From a virus, in IMG/VR virus record IMGVR_UViG_3300042507_005574: a stretch of DNA of 64,000 bases; one strand, 5' to 3'. Every line of letters starts with the position of its first letter. Position 1 is the first letter of the stretch. Of the stretch, positions 17,075-29,697 are shown one piece after another. Position numbers and translations under genes: made by a program. Under the pieces are notes generated by a model. It ran no database searches and was not told where the DNA came from. It saw nothing but the letters and a program-made list of their open reading frames with translations.

Positions 17075-17929
17075 ATGTTTACAAACCCTCACAATCAAAA
17101 TCTTCTCAATGATGTTATGCGTGTTCTCAGTGGAGAAACGACAGAAACTCCAATTAAGCCAGTTCCTCAGTGGATATCAGAAGCAGCGAAGAAGGCTGCT
17201 GCTGAAATTAAAGATGTCTTAAGTGAGGGTGTGGTTGTGACTAGCGAGAGCAGAAGAGATATTCTTCGGAAGAACCTATCCGAAGCACTTGATACTTGCA
17301 ATTGCTCTGTAAACACCGAAACTTCATTGCAATTTGAAGAAGAAGTTAGAAAACTTGAAAATCAAATTACAGAAGCCAAGCAAGCATCTGCTGGACAGAT
17401 TCTTGATATGTTAGAAAAGTCCTACAAGCAAAATGGACTTGATTCTATTCTTCTTGGATGGAAAGAACTAGGGCTTTCAGAGCCAATAAGAGTTGGAGAA
17501 GTACTAGAAGATTTCAAGTCTATATTTGAACCAAAGGATCAAAAGTCCGCTGCTGCCGATATTAAGAGTTGGCTAAAGCCAAATGATTACAACAAATATA
17601 AGAAGATGATGGAAGGTGTTGAAATCACTTTGAATGACGATGAAGTTGAATTGGATGAAATGGTGCCGGGATCGAAGACCGATAAGAGAGGAAATAAATC
17701 CGCAGCGTCAAAACTTCGTAAAGACAGATTGGCTAAGATCCGCAAAGAGAAGGAAGATATCAAGAGAGCCGAATTGGTGAGAATATTAAAAGCCCAAGGT
17801 GTATTGCCTACTAAAAAGGAAGAGGCTGAAGGAATCAATGAAATGGTTGACGGCCTTCTTGAATTTGTATCGAAATTGTCTGATGAAGAAGTGTCGGTGC
17901 TTCGCACAATCATTGACGAAACTAACTAA
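17075..17929 (+). CDS. Hypothetical acidic/helical protein, possibly head-internal
   Basis: E/K-rich with many I/L-x-E sites (ISE, LSE, ITE, LDE, INE); late promoter. Confidence 0.55.
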   Translation: MFTNPHNQNLLNDVMRVLSGETTETPIKPVPQWISEAAKKAAAEIKDVLSEGVVVTSESRRDILRKNLSEALDTCNCSVNTETSLQFEEEVRKLENQITEAKQASAGQILDMLEKSYKQNGLDSILLGWKELGLSEPIRVGEVLEDFKSIFEPKDQKSAAADIKSWLKPNDYNKYKKMMEGVEITLNDDEVELDEMVPGSKTDKRGNKSAASKLRKDRLAKIRKEKEDIKRAELVRILKAQGVLPTKKEEAEGINEMVDGLLEFVSKLSDEEVSVLRTIIDETN

Positions 17930-17932
17930 ATA
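17926..17932 (+). promoter_or_regulatory. Late promoter CTAAATA overlapping the upstream stop codon
   Basis: Precedes ATG 17953. Confidence 0.6.
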
Positions 17933-17952
17933 CCACAAAGTGGAGAAAATAA

Positions 17953-19077
17953 ATGTCGCACTGGAATAACAACGATAGAGAAGAATCAAAACCATCATGG
18001 CTCACACCAGCCCAAAAAATCAACTGCGTGAGAACATCAAAGGGATGGGAAGTTCCTCTTAATGGAACGAATGTTGGTGGAAGTCCCGATGGATTGAAGA
18101 ATCTCACCGGTCCTAGTCTTACGAGCCAAACATTCAACACCGAACTTTTAGTTTGCATGCCTAACGATGTGGTTTATGACCCGAACATTGTTGTTGCATT
18201 GACAGGTCCGATGACCATGTTCCACTTCGGTTCATCAGCAACAGGATTCTCCCTGACAGGTAATACAATTTACTATTACAATCCAGAAGCGAACTATGCA
18301 GGTGGAAGTACATCGGGTGTCGCTGCAATCGGGGTTATTGTGGCTGCAACTGCCGCTGCCGGTGCATACAATGTCCAACTCAAAGGATTCCAAAATCCCC
18401 CTAGACCGGTTCTTAGTGGTCCCCGTGATATAAACTCAACAGGAATTATGCATCCTGCTGGAGTTACTAGTGCAACTGCATCAGTTTCCTCTGTAGTGCA
18501 AATTATTGACAATGTGTTCTCAACTAGTTCACTCTATACTGGTAGAATTGCGGTGACTGGCGGATTGGATACAACCGTTGATCTTCCTAACTATGCCCCA
18601 TATATCACATGCCCATTTACCGGAGACTCAGCAACTGTTGGGGGCATCGACGGCAGAGGGGTTTCTTTCGGCACTAGTTTAACGGGAAGCGGCGGCGCAC
18701 AAGGATACTATGGAGTAGGTGCTTTTGGAAACTCCACTTTGAATTTCCCGGGGGCAACCGCTTATATCAAGATTGTTGCCAACGACAGTAACTTCACCAA
18801 TAACATTTCATTCTCAATAGTTTCAAGCACTCCTGCATTTGGAAATACAACATTGCTTGTTACAGGCTCAAGCCTTTTGACATCGACAAATGTTCCTACA
18901 GGAGTTTATGAAACATTCTTCGGACCTACCGCATCGATAAACAACAACATTGCTGTTCTCAGAATTAACAAGCCTGGTGCAACTGCAAACACGACTCGTA
19001 CAGTTGTTGTTCGTGCAAATGACGGTACGGTCGATGCTGATTCGACATTTACAATTTCATTTGGCGCAACTGCCTGA
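17953..19077 (+). CDS. Putative virion structural protein
   Basis: MSHW...KPSWL...GW N-terminus of the kind seen in T4-like structural proteins; T/G/S-rich; Ig-like C-terminus. Confidence 0.55.
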   Translation: MSHWNNNDREESKPSWLTPAQKINCVRTSKGWEVPLNGTNVGGSPDGLKNLTGPSLTSQTFNTELLVCMPNDVVYDPNIVVALTGPMTMFHFGSSATGFSLTGNTIYYYNPEANYAGGSTSGVAAIGVIVAATAAAGAYNVQLKGFQNPPRPVLSGPRDINSTGIMHPAGVTSATASVSSVVQIIDNVFSTSSLYTGRIAVTGGLDTTVDLPNYAPYITCPFTGDSATVGGIDGRGVSFGTSLTGSGGAQGYYGVGAFGNSTLNFPGATAYIKIVANDSNFTNNISFSIVSSTPAFGNTTLLVTGSSLLTSTNVPTGVYETFFGPTASINNNIAVLRINKPGATANTTRTVVVRANDGTVDADSTFTISFGATA

Positions 19078-19088
19078 TAGGATTTATT

Positions 19089-19565
19089 ATGCGTAAATTC
19101 AAGGAACTCAGAAAAACGATTTCAGAAACATCAACTGGTCTTGATATTTCTGGAATTAATCGTCCTAGAGTTGGTCCTATGGATAGTGATAATGGAATAG
19201 ATTTCAACCAAAATCTTTCACAACTAAACCCATCGGAAGTTGATAGAATTAACATGTTTTTAGGTGCTTTGTCGGCAAAACCTTATCTTGATCCGAATCA
19301 GGCAATCAAGGAAGCACAAAGTAAATTGTCAACTGTTGGACTTCAATTCAACCTTAGCAATAATGATGATTTGAGAAAGAGTGGAGAAAGAATTTACCCA
19401 CTAAGTTTGTTTGGCGGATCATTCGGATCTGATGGTAAAACCTATGGCACATCAACTGACGATAACATTGAGCGTAAAATTGGATATAAGTTAGGATTAA
19501 TGGTAACATCTGTTCCGACATCAACAGGCATGACGAGTCTCAAAGCAGAAATAATGCCCATGTGA
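19089..19565 (+). CDS. Hypothetical protein with CTS-like N-terminus
   Basis: MRKFKELRKTISE; RBS AGGA. Confidence 0.6.
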   Translation: MRKFKELRKTISETSTGLDISGINRPRVGPMDSDNGIDFNQNLSQLNPSEVDRINMFLGALSAKPYLDPNQAIKEAQSKLSTVGLQFNLSNNDDLRKSGERIYPLSLFGGSFGSDGKTYGTSTDDNIERKIGYKLGLMVTSVPTSTGMTSLKAEIMPM

Positions 19566-19580
19566 TATAAGTAATTCGTA

Positions 19581-19967
19581 ATGATCAATGAGCCTTTAAC
19601 TGAAAAAAACTACATTCAATATGCCATGAAGAACTACGACAATCCTTCGGGTGGGATTGATGAGTTTGAAGAGGACATGGCTAGAATGGTATACCTTAAA
19701 AGACTTTTCCGTAAGTACCACAACTCAGGAATACTTCGTGAAAGGTTGGTTTTAAATCACATCATCACATTCTATAATGTATTTGGAGTCGAGGTAGCAA
19801 CTCGACTTCTTTTCTTTAAAATAGAAAACGAACTTCACTACATACTTAAGACCTTTTTGATTTTCCTCAATTATCTTCCAGAGGGAAATCCTAAATTCAG
19901 CGTTGGTGTGGATGTTGTTTCTATACCTCTTGACAATATAATCATAAAAATTTTGAGGAAAATTTAA
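19581..19967 (+). CDS. Conserved T4-like (cyanomyovirus core-type) hypothetical protein
   Basis: YAMKNYDNP, EFEED, YLKRLF, ERLVLNHII..YNVFG. Confidence 0.75.
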   Translation: MINEPLTEKNYIQYAMKNYDNPSGGIDEFEEDMARMVYLKRLFRKYHNSGILRERLVLNHIITFYNVFGVEVATRLLFFKIENELHYILKTFLIFLNYLPEGNPKFSVGVDVVSIPLDNIIIKILRKI

Positions 19968-20659
19968 TGTCTATAAACATGCTTGATACATTTATAGCCT
20001 ATAAGTTTATAAAGATCATATCAACCCCATGGAAAGATATGGACGCTTTCAAACTAGGAATAGTTGATGGTAACGGTAAAATTCTCAAGAAAAGGGGAAC
20101 TCTAACATCTCAAGCAGAGAGAGCAGCATACCCAAGTATCTTCTATACATTATGCTGGAACATTAAGAAACTATTAGATAAAGTTCCTGTTATCAATCTT
20201 AAGAGTAAACCTGGCGCATTCATAGCATCAGTTATGCTTCTTCGTGAAGTGTGTTCAAAAGATACAAAAGATCCCACCATGATTGAAGATCTGATAAAAC
20301 AGGAATTGCTAAAGCGAGGCATGCATATCGATGTTATCTCTGAATCTGCTTTCAGTCCAAAGACAATTCCAATCGGAACATATTCGATTCGTGGGCGGAC
20401 AATTAAAGTTAAATCTGATATTCTTCCGATAGATGAATGTTTTGGACATCCTGTCTATAAAGTAGATGGTATTTTTTTCATATTATCTGAGGCAAAGAAA
20501 GTCAAAGAAGAAGCACCCGTGAACAATGTGGGCGGTGGAGCAATTGCTGGGGCTTCTCCGGGACAAGAACCTCCTGGCCCAAGATTTGCAAAAGGCATCA
20601 GAAGACTGAGGAAAAAGAAGCCTCCGCAGATTCCTCCTATGGATGGGACATCCCGATAA
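19967..20659 (+). CDS. Conserved T4-like hypothetical protein
   Basis: YKFIKIISTPW..MDAFKLGIVD.NG N-terminal domain; C-terminal EEAPVNNVGGGAIAG motif. Confidence 0.65.
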   Translation: MSINMLDTFIAYKFIKIISTPWKDMDAFKLGIVDGNGKILKKRGTLTSQAERAAYPSIFYTLCWNIKKLLDKVPVINLKSKPGAFIASVMLLREVCSKDTKDPTMIEDLIKQELLKRGMHIDVISESAFSPKTIPIGTYSIRGRTIKVKSDILPIDECFGHPVYKVDGIFFILSEAKKVKEEAPVNNVGGGAIAGASPGQEPPGPRFAKGIRRLRKKKPPQIPPMDGTSR

Positions 20660-20771
20660 TTTGGCTATCTAGTCATTGTGTCAAGAAAAAGTTATAGAAT
20701 ATAGTAATTTTCTTAAGAAATTATATGGAAATTTCAGAAGAACACTATATTATTAGACTTTCATAAATTTT

Positions 20772-20800
20772 GTTGACACTAATAATTTTGGCTGTAAGAT
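20772..20800 (+). promoter_or_regulatory. Sigma70-like promoter of primase
   Basis: TTGACA-16nt-TAAGAT, with GCTG immediately before the -10. Confidence 0.6.
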
Positions 20801-20807
20801 TCTGCCA

Positions 20808-21833
20808 ATGGCGCAGTTCATAGACACCAAGTTTATAAACTTACTGTCCCCGAGACTTGAGCGGTTTCACTGGAAGAAGCCAAATTTGGCGACATGCCGC
20901 TGCCCCATCTGCGGGGATTCGGCAAAAAACAAACGAAAAGTTCGATTTTATTTCTATGAGAAGAATGGCAATTTCTTCGTTAGATGCCACAACTGCGATT
21001 ACGGAACAACTCTAGGCGGACTACTTCGTTACTTAGATGGTAATCTTTACAGACAGTACTCATTTGAAAATCTAAAAGACAAAGAGAGCGGCAAATCCTT
21101 CACCAAAAGGATCATTGCTGTGAAGCAAGATATCGTTTTGCCTGAGAATGAAGTTCTCAACAAGATGCCAAAATTGTCAAACCTGTCTAACTCGCATCCT
21201 GCTGTTGTTTGGGCCAAAGACCGAAAAATTCCTAAGTCAAAACTTAATTTACTTCATTACGCAGAGAACTTTGCTGAATGTGTATCTGATATTGATCCTG
21301 ATGCAAAAGTGGGGGATGACCAAAGAATCGTAATACCCATTTTTTCAAGAGGGGGGTCTCTTGTCGGAGTGCAGGGTAGAGTTCTTGATAAAAGCCAAGG
21401 CAGGAACATTAGATATTTGACGATCAAGGCAAATAAAGAAGGAGAACGGCTTTGGTATGGACTTGAGAGAATAGATCCGGATAAACCTCTGATAGTTGTT
21501 GAGGGTCCGATTGATAGTTTGTTTCTATCGAATAGTGTGGCAATGCTGGGTCTGTCAGATCCACTAAACATTCCTGTTGGAGTTCCAACAGATAAATTGG
21601 TATATGCTCTTGATAATGAACCTAGAAACAAACAAGTCGTGGATGCTGTGGCAAATCTCATAGATGCAGGTAGATCTGTTTGCATTTGGGATTCTAGAGT
21701 TGGTGGAATCAAAGATATCAATGACATGATTCTTAGCGGAATTCACGCTGCTCAAATTGAATCGATAGTGAGAGAACGAACACTATCAGGACTTTCTGCT
21801 AAACTTGCCTTGGAGTCATGGAAGCGTGTCTAA
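20808..21833 (+). CDS. 61: T4-like DNA primase gp61
   Basis: Zn ribbon CRCPICGDS...CHNC, GVQGR, TOPRIM VEGPIDSLF, LDNEPRN and KDINDM. Confidence 0.95.
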   Translation: MAQFIDTKFINLLSPRLERFHWKKPNLATCRCPICGDSAKNKRKVRFYFYEKNGNFFVRCHNCDYGTTLGGLLRYLDGNLYRQYSFENLKDKESGKSFTKRIIAVKQDIVLPENEVLNKMPKLSNLSNSHPAVVWAKDRKIPKSKLNLLHYAENFAECVSDIDPDAKVGDDQRIVIPIFSRGGSLVGVQGRVLDKSQGRNIRYLTIKANKEGERLWYGLERIDPDKPLIVVEGPIDSLFLSNSVAMLGLSDPLNIPVGVPTDKLVYALDNEPRNKQVVDAVANLIDAGRSVCIWDSRVGGIKDINDMILSGIHAAQIESIVRERTLSGLSAKLALESWKRV

Positions 21834-21854
21834 ATAGAAATGTGGGAGTAATTT

Positions 21855-22127
21855 ATGGCGAATAATGAAGAACTAAAAGAAGAAATGACCAACGGCGATG
21901 AAGATGAAGAGATTAGTTTTGATGACATTGATCCTATTCCGACAGAAGATTCGGATATTGAAGAGGGTGAATATTCGACTACAGATATTCCTCCAGCGGA
22001 CCTCGTTGACTTGATTGCAAACCAAAAAGCAAGTGAAGCGAAATCGGAGATTTTCCGTTCTCTTTACAATAAAGTCGGTGAAAGAATCGAAGGACTTAAG
22101 TCTGAGATTCGTAAAAGTTCTGAGTGA
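21855..22127 (+). CDS. Acidic protein, possibly gp67-like prohead core protein
   Basis: Very acidic N-half, then DLVDLIA...AKSEIF..LY.KVGERIE..KSEI. Late promoter CTAAATA at 21830-21836. Confidence 0.45.
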   Translation: MANNEELKEEMTNGDEDEEISFDDIDPIPTEDSDIEEGEYSTTDIPPADLVDLIANQKASEAKSEIFRSLYNKVGERIEGLKSEIRKSSE

Positions 22128-22142
22128 AGATAGGATTTTATT

Positions 22143-22847
22143 ATGATTCCAAATATGATTCCTGTTCTAGGGGCAGGATTTGTTCAATATGTTGATCACA
22201 TGGGAAGCGACTTGACGGTCGTAAATGCTGCCCGAGTCTCTTTCAACAAAGAAAGTGAATGGGAACATCCAGATAGCCATGTCCCTGCCAATATTCTTTC
22301 GGAAAAAGATAAGAAGTTAATCTATTATCTTGCAAAGCATAATCACTGGACTCCATTCGCACATCCACAGATTACTTTGCGAATCAAGGCTCCAATTTCA
22401 ATTCGCACACAACTATTTAAACACAAGCAGGGATTCGTAGAAAACGAAGTATCTCGCCGCTATGTTTCGGATTCACCGGAATTTTATTTGCCCAAATGGA
22501 GATCTAAGCCATCTAATGGTGCAAAACAAGGTAGTGAGGATTTCATCGATGATCAGCAGCGTATTGAACACTTTAACGATCTTTATAGCCAAGTTATTTC
22601 GAAGGCTCATGGATACTATGAATTCTTGATTGAACAAGGTGTGGCCCCTGAACAAGCGAGGTTTATTCTTCCTCAGGGAGCATATACGGAATGGTGGTGG
22701 ACTGGAAGTCTTGCAGCATATGCTAGAGTATATTCTTTAAGATCGGATCCCCATGCTCAATGGGAAGTTAGATCTTATGCCCAAGCCATTTCCAATATTA
22801 TTAGTTCGATATATCCTGAGTCTTGGAACGCTCTAACTTGTCAATAA
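22143..22847 (+). CDS. thyX: Flavin-dependent thymidylate synthase
   Basis: VNAARVSF, HWTPF, QLFKH...NEVSRRY, EQARFILP and HAQWEVR motifs. Confidence 0.95.
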   Translation: MIPNMIPVLGAGFVQYVDHMGSDLTVVNAARVSFNKESEWEHPDSHVPANILSEKDKKLIYYLAKHNHWTPFAHPQITLRIKAPISIRTQLFKHKQGFVENEVSRRYVSDSPEFYLPKWRSKPSNGAKQGSEDFIDDQQRIEHFNDLYSQVISKAHGYYEFLIEQGVAPEQARFILPQGAYTEWWWTGSLAAYARVYSLRSDPHAQWEVRSYAQAISNIISSIYPESWNALTCQ

Positions 22848-22865
22848 ATACAGGTGGTGCGGTGA

Positions 22866-24866
<2,001 letters not shown>

Positions 24867-24892
24867 AAGAGTGTTAATATTGGGTAATTACT

Positions 24893-25861
24893 ATGATTAC
24901 AGGAAACAGCATTATTCGAATAAGGCGTGGTGCTACAGGTGGAGTGATACCTGTAGGGCTAACCTATGGCGAACTTGCTGTAAATATTACGGATCGAAAA
25001 CTCTATGTTGGTAATGAAACTGGTGCATCCGTAGAAATTTTAGGTTCAGGTGGAATAGGAACGGGTGGCGCAGAGACAACATGGGACAATCCCAACCCAA
25101 CAACTGCTACGGATATAGATGGTGTTCCAGCCGGAACGACATTTGAATTCGGAACTACTGCCATAGAAATATTAGAGCAGATTTTGTATGCAACTCCTGC
25201 ACCCCCTCCTCCACCTCCATACACATCAGTATCATTCTCTAATTTTTCATCCGGCCTCGCTTCTACCTATGAGTTAGGTGAAACAGCAGGAAATGGATCA
25301 CTATCCGTTTCATGGACAGCATCTCAGCCGCACGATAATTGGGTTCCTGCGAGTGCATACATCAGTTACAGCGGATTGTCAAACGGACAAGCATTAACAG
25401 GTGCAAGCCCGACCGCAGGAAGTGCAGTTGCTGTATATCCAGCATTCAGGTCTACAAATCTATCATCAAATACAGTTACAATTACTCTGACTGGTCAGCA
25501 AGATCAAGGATCGAATCCATCGATATCGACAACAAGTAGATGGTGGACTAAAGCATATTGGGGTAAGTCAACAAATCCCTCTTTGACGGATCCTTTGTCT
25601 CTGTCAAATGGAAGTGATGTAATTGTAACATCAGGTACAACGAGAACAATCAGTACAACTGATGCAGGTGGTTACTTTTATTTCTTCATCAATGACTATT
25701 ACTCAGTTAGCAGTATGACACTTGCAGGATTCTCTGTTGCTTTGAATGGTGTATCAACAGCATCGGTACTAAATTCTCAAGGATTCTCATCGACATATAA
25801 AATATACAGGAGTTTCTATGAACTTCCTGGCCCTCTAGATATTGTTATTACTTATTCATAA
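24893..25861 (+). CDS. Fibre/adhesin protein with Mtd-N-like N-terminal domain
   Basis: IRIRRG...LTYGELAVNITDRKLYVG, followed by a Pro hinge and beta-rich domains. Confidence 0.65.
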   Translation: MITGNSIIRIRRGATGGVIPVGLTYGELAVNITDRKLYVGNETGASVEILGSGGIGTGGAETTWDNPNPTTATDIDGVPAGTTFEFGTTAIEILEQILYATPAPPPPPPYTSVSFSNFSSGLASTYELGETAGNGSLSVSWTASQPHDNWVPASAYISYSGLSNGQALTGASPTAGSAVAVYPAFRSTNLSSNTVTITLTGQQDQGSNPSISTTSRWWTKAYWGKSTNPSLTDPLSLSNGSDVIVTSGTTRTISTTDAGGYFYFFINDYYSVSSMTLAGFSVALNGVSTASVLNSQGFSSTYKIYRSFYELPGPLDIVITYS

Positions 25862-25864
25862 ATT

Positions 25865-27397
25865 ATGCCAATCACAGGAACAGTTCCATTAACAGGTGTA
25901 CTTGCCCCAACTTCAGAGTTGGCAACATATCCTGTTACAGATCCACGATGGGGTAAAGGTGGTCTTCGAACGGTAGGAACTACAGCAGATCGTGATTCTA
26001 TCCCTCAACTTCGTCGTGAAGAGGGAATGATTGTGTATGTAAGTGGTCTTAGTGGAGGACTATATTACACTCTAAAAGGCGGAACTGGAAATGAGCATTG
26101 GGAAATTTTCCAATCCGGAACTGGCGACACAGTATTCAATATCACAAATATTAGTGCCACAGGATTCTATGGTCTAACTGGTCCAACTAGTGGAAATTTC
26201 CCACAAGGAATTTCAGGAACAGGAGAAACTGGTGATCGCTTACTTATTGCTACAGGACCACCGGCAGATCCATTTAGAAATTACATAAGATTTGGAAATG
26301 CGTGGTTCCAAACAGGTGTTGTAGGAACTCAATCGCAATCGAACAATGTTCGTATTGCATCCCATACATTAACAGGTGTTGCTTCATTTGATCCTAGATT
26401 CTTTGGTGTTGGTGCTTCAGGACATGTTCTACTTGCTTCAGCATACCAAGTCACAGGCGATACAGTAGTTGCAGGAACTAATATTACAATAACAAGAGAT
26501 GGTAATACGGTTACTGTAAATTCAGATTCAAATGACTTCTACGGTCTAACTGGTCCAACTAGTGTAAATCTCCCACAAGGAATTTCAGGAACAGGAGAAA
26601 CTGGTGATCGTTTGCTCATCGCCACAGGACCACCGGCAGATCCATTTAGAAATTACATAAGATTTGGAAATGCGTGGTTCCAAACAGGTGTTGTGGGGAC
26701 TAGAGCAAATACATCTTTAGCAATTGTTGATTCGTTGACTGCGTCTTTCGGACCTGTAATACTTAAGGGAAATACTGCACAGAGTTTAAATGGGGAAACT
26801 ATTTCAGTTTCTTACCTAGGAGGGATTGCTCCTGCTACTGCATCTGTTCATTTAGTTGATCCTACGCAAGGAACAGGCTTTCCTGCGTATTTTCCAACTT
26901 CATCAATGGATACACTTACATTTACAAATCAAACAATAACAGCAGGGGTTGGAGAATCCGTAACACTTCGTCTTGTGGTCACAGGGCAACCAGGTCCAGC
27001 ATACACAGATATATTTGATTTATCCGTAAAGTTTGGAAATGCAATTTTATGGGGAAGTAGCAGTTTAACGAGCCTGAATGGCGTTGAAATACAATCTTTG
27101 GATAAAAGCATACTGGCTGCGAATAGTTCTGAACTATTTCCACACACAATTACCGCATCTGCCGGAAACGGTGAATTCATATTCTATGCCTTTCCAACTA
27201 GAATGGGTTTCAATATAAAGCACAGTATAAATAGTGGTGGATATGGAGGAATGCATTTCCAAGGCGAATATGGCATTCCTGGCGATGCGTCTGTAACCTC
27301 ATCGAATTCTTTGGGGTTTACGGAATCTTTCTATGTGGTAAGAAGCCGAAATGAAAATCTAGGTGATTCTCTAGAAGTTCGAACGGTAAAAACCTAA
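25865..27397 (+). CDS. Modular fibre protein
   Basis: Two copies of the FYGLTGPT...GDRLLIATGPPADPFRNYIRFGNAWFQTG module plus a LTGVASFDP module. Confidence 0.7.
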   Translation: MPITGTVPLTGVLAPTSELATYPVTDPRWGKGGLRTVGTTADRDSIPQLRREEGMIVYVSGLSGGLYYTLKGGTGNEHWEIFQSGTGDTVFNITNISATGFYGLTGPTSGNFPQGISGTGETGDRLLIATGPPADPFRNYIRFGNAWFQTGVVGTQSQSNNVRIASHTLTGVASFDPRFFGVGASGHVLLASAYQVTGDTVVAGTNITITRDGNTVTVNSDSNDFYGLTGPTSVNLPQGISGTGETGDRLLIATGPPADPFRNYIRFGNAWFQTGVVGTRANTSLAIVDSLTASFGPVILKGNTAQSLNGETISVSYLGGIAPATASVHLVDPTQGTGFPAYFPTSSMDTLTFTNQTITAGVGESVTLRLVVTGQPGPAYTDIFDLSVKFGNAILWGSSSLTSLNGVEIQSLDKSILAANSSELFPHTITASAGNGEFIFYAFPTRMGFNIKHSINSGGYGGMHFQGEYGIPGDASVTSSNSLGFTESFYVVRSRNENLGDSLEVRTVKT

Positions 27398-27409
27398 AGG
27401 GAAGCGTCG

Positions 27410-29266
27410 ATGCCAATTAGAATATCAGACTTAATAGAACAAATGAACCGTGAGCAAAATCTCACAGGTCCAGGATTTTTCCATCTAATTCATTCGGGAA
27501 ATGTTGATTTTACCGTCAATGGTATAGTCGGAACGGATGAGACAAAATTTGGATCGTATTTACCGGTTTCATACGGTCAAAAATATATTATAGAAAACGA
27601 AGCAAACTGGAATGCATTTAGTTCTAGCGCAGCCCTGCCATCAGGTTTTGGGTTGGGCGACATCTTACAAAGAGGATCGTCCACATGGGAAATCTATCTT
27701 GATGCGAGTAATTCTAAATCCGAAGGTGCTATTGTTTATAATAAGCACGACAACAAGTTCTATTTCTACGATGGGACTAATTGGGTTGCTGTCGGAACTG
27801 GTGCTGCTGGTGGAGGTGGAGACAGCGGCGTAACAGGAATTGGTTTTGGTGATGATGTTGGACTGACGGGTAAAGTTAATATTACTGGTGATGCTGGTGG
27901 TGTTGGTCTCGGTGGCGTTTACATAACAAGGGATGGAAACACCATTTCAGTAGGATTGTCCGCTGCTGGTGCTTCAACATATGTTCAATATAGAGATGCT
28001 AATGGCCGATTGGCGGGAAATTCAGGATTAAACTGGACTAATGTCACTAGAACTCTTGTTGTTGGTGACATTGGTTCTTCTTCCCCTTCTACATCGGGCA
28101 AAATTAGAATTGTCGGTTCCAAGGGTTATCTTCAATTCCCCGATGGAACAACACAAACTACTGCAAGAAATTTCTTTGGTTTAACTGGACCAACGCACCC
28201 GGATTTTGTTAAAGGAATATCCAGCAGCGGTCATACTGGTGACCGTTTACTGATTGCCACGGGACCATCTGCAAATCCATTTAGAACATATGTTCGGTAC
28301 GGAAATGCTTGGTTCCAAACTAATGTTGCTGGAGTTGGTAGAGCGGGAGCACAAGGAACTACAGGTCCAACTGGTGGATTTGATATCTCTGGTGTCACTT
28401 TCCAACAAAATACAGGAATTACTCATCAGTCAAATGACACTCTTGGAACCGACACAGGCAGAGCAAGAAAGATAATGTTCCTTCAAGATGATGGAACTTT
28501 GACATTTGATTATATTCGTAATTACGATGTATTTAAGCCAACAGACTTCACATTCTCAGTAAAAACATTTACAAGCAACATTTCATCACCTGTACTCATT
28601 GGAATAAACAACTACCTGTTGAGTGATGGGCCGGTAACGGTAAATGCAACTTATCAGTTCGGGCCTCCTATTACAGGAAATGTTTATGTGATAAATCCTA
28701 CGCAAGGAACAGGCTTTCCTGTTTACTTCCCAACAAGTGCTATGGATAGCATCACATTTAGTTCACAGACATTGACTGCTGCGGCAGGGGGAAGTTTGGT
28801 TCTCAGACTTGAAGCCACAGGTTATACGGGAGTAATAGGTGGACCAGGAAGACAAGTATCGACTAAAGATATAACAATTTCCTTTGCCAATTCTTTCCTT
28901 TATGGTGTTTCGGGGGGATCAAGTTTGGATGGAAGTTCTTTGGGAAGTGGATTTACTGGTAATTGGGTCACTAGAACCACCACAAATAGTATAGATCAAA
29001 CTTTCACTGTAAATGTTCCCGTTGGACAATACATTTACTTTGCATTCCCTGAAAGAATCGGTGAAGCGACATATCAAATAAATGACCTGGGTATCGGTGG
29101 ATTTAGTCCACAGGGTTTGAATGGAGTTCCTGGTGTCAGCGCACAAACTTGGGGTAATGCTAACGGTTATCGTGAAAAGTATTTCTTCTATCGATCAATA
29201 AACTCAGGTCTTGGTGATAACACTAAAGTTGATGTTGCTCCAATAACTAATCCTGAATTACTATAA
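27410..29266 (+). CDS. Modular fibre protein
   Basis: FYFYDGTNW, GVTGIGFGDD.GLTGK and GDRLLIATGP modules; the C-terminal domain is homologous to that of 25865-27397. Confidence 0.7.
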   Translation: MPIRISDLIEQMNREQNLTGPGFFHLIHSGNVDFTVNGIVGTDETKFGSYLPVSYGQKYIIENEANWNAFSSSAALPSGFGLGDILQRGSSTWEIYLDASNSKSEGAIVYNKHDNKFYFYDGTNWVAVGTGAAGGGGDSGVTGIGFGDDVGLTGKVNITGDAGGVGLGGVYITRDGNTISVGLSAAGASTYVQYRDANGRLAGNSGLNWTNVTRTLVVGDIGSSSPSTSGKIRIVGSKGYLQFPDGTTQTTARNFFGLTGPTHPDFVKGISSSGHTGDRLLIATGPSANPFRTYVRYGNAWFQTNVAGVGRAGAQGTTGPTGGFDISGVTFQQNTGITHQSNDTLGTDTGRARKIMFLQDDGTLTFDYIRNYDVFKPTDFTFSVKTFTSNISSPVLIGINNYLLSDGPVTVNATYQFGPPITGNVYVINPTQGTGFPVYFPTSAMDSITFSSQTLTAAAGGSLVLRLEATGYTGVIGGPGRQVSTKDITISFANSFLYGVSGGSSLDGSSLGSGFTGNWVTRTTTNSIDQTFTVNVPVGQYIYFAFPERIGEATYQINDLGIGGFSPQGLNGVPGVSAQTWGNANGYREKYFFYRSINSGLGDNTKVDVAPITNPELL

Positions 29267-29276
29267 AGGATGACAA

Positions 29277-29672
29277 ATGGCTATTAGAGTTGGCGATGTA
29301 CTTGAGCAGTCGAATCGAAAGAACACAGTTTCCACATCTGATTTTTTCTACTTAATGGGAGTATCAGATATTGACTTTTCTGTTGATAAAATCCTTGAAT
29401 CTGGAGACACCAATATAGTCACAACTCTAGGAACAAAGTATGTAATACTTGATGCGGGAACTAACGACATCACTCCTGACGGATTAGGAAATAATGATAT
29501 TGTTAAGTATGACGGAAATGAGTGGATTATCTACAAAGATGTCAGTAACCCCGAAACTAATTTCGGAATAATTTATGACAAAGAAACTAAATTATTCTAT
29601 CAGTATGATCCAAGTGAAGGTTGGTTGGTTATGTTGAAAAGTGGGCAAATTGATGGTGGAACTTTCCCCTAA
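29277..29672 (+). CDS. Small structural/adaptor protein (paralogue of the N-terminus of 27410)
   Basis: MAIRVGDVLEQSNR versus MPIRISDLIEQMNR; YDGNEW; ends IDGGTFP. Confidence 0.65.
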   Translation: MAIRVGDVLEQSNRKNTVSTSDFFYLMGVSDIDFSVDKILESGDTNIVTTLGTKYVILDAGTNDITPDGLGNNDIVKYDGNEWIIYKDVSNPETNFGIIYDKETKLFYQYDPSEGWLVMLKSGQIDGGTFP

Positions 29673-29697
29673 ATACATTTACTAAAGGAACAAAAAG

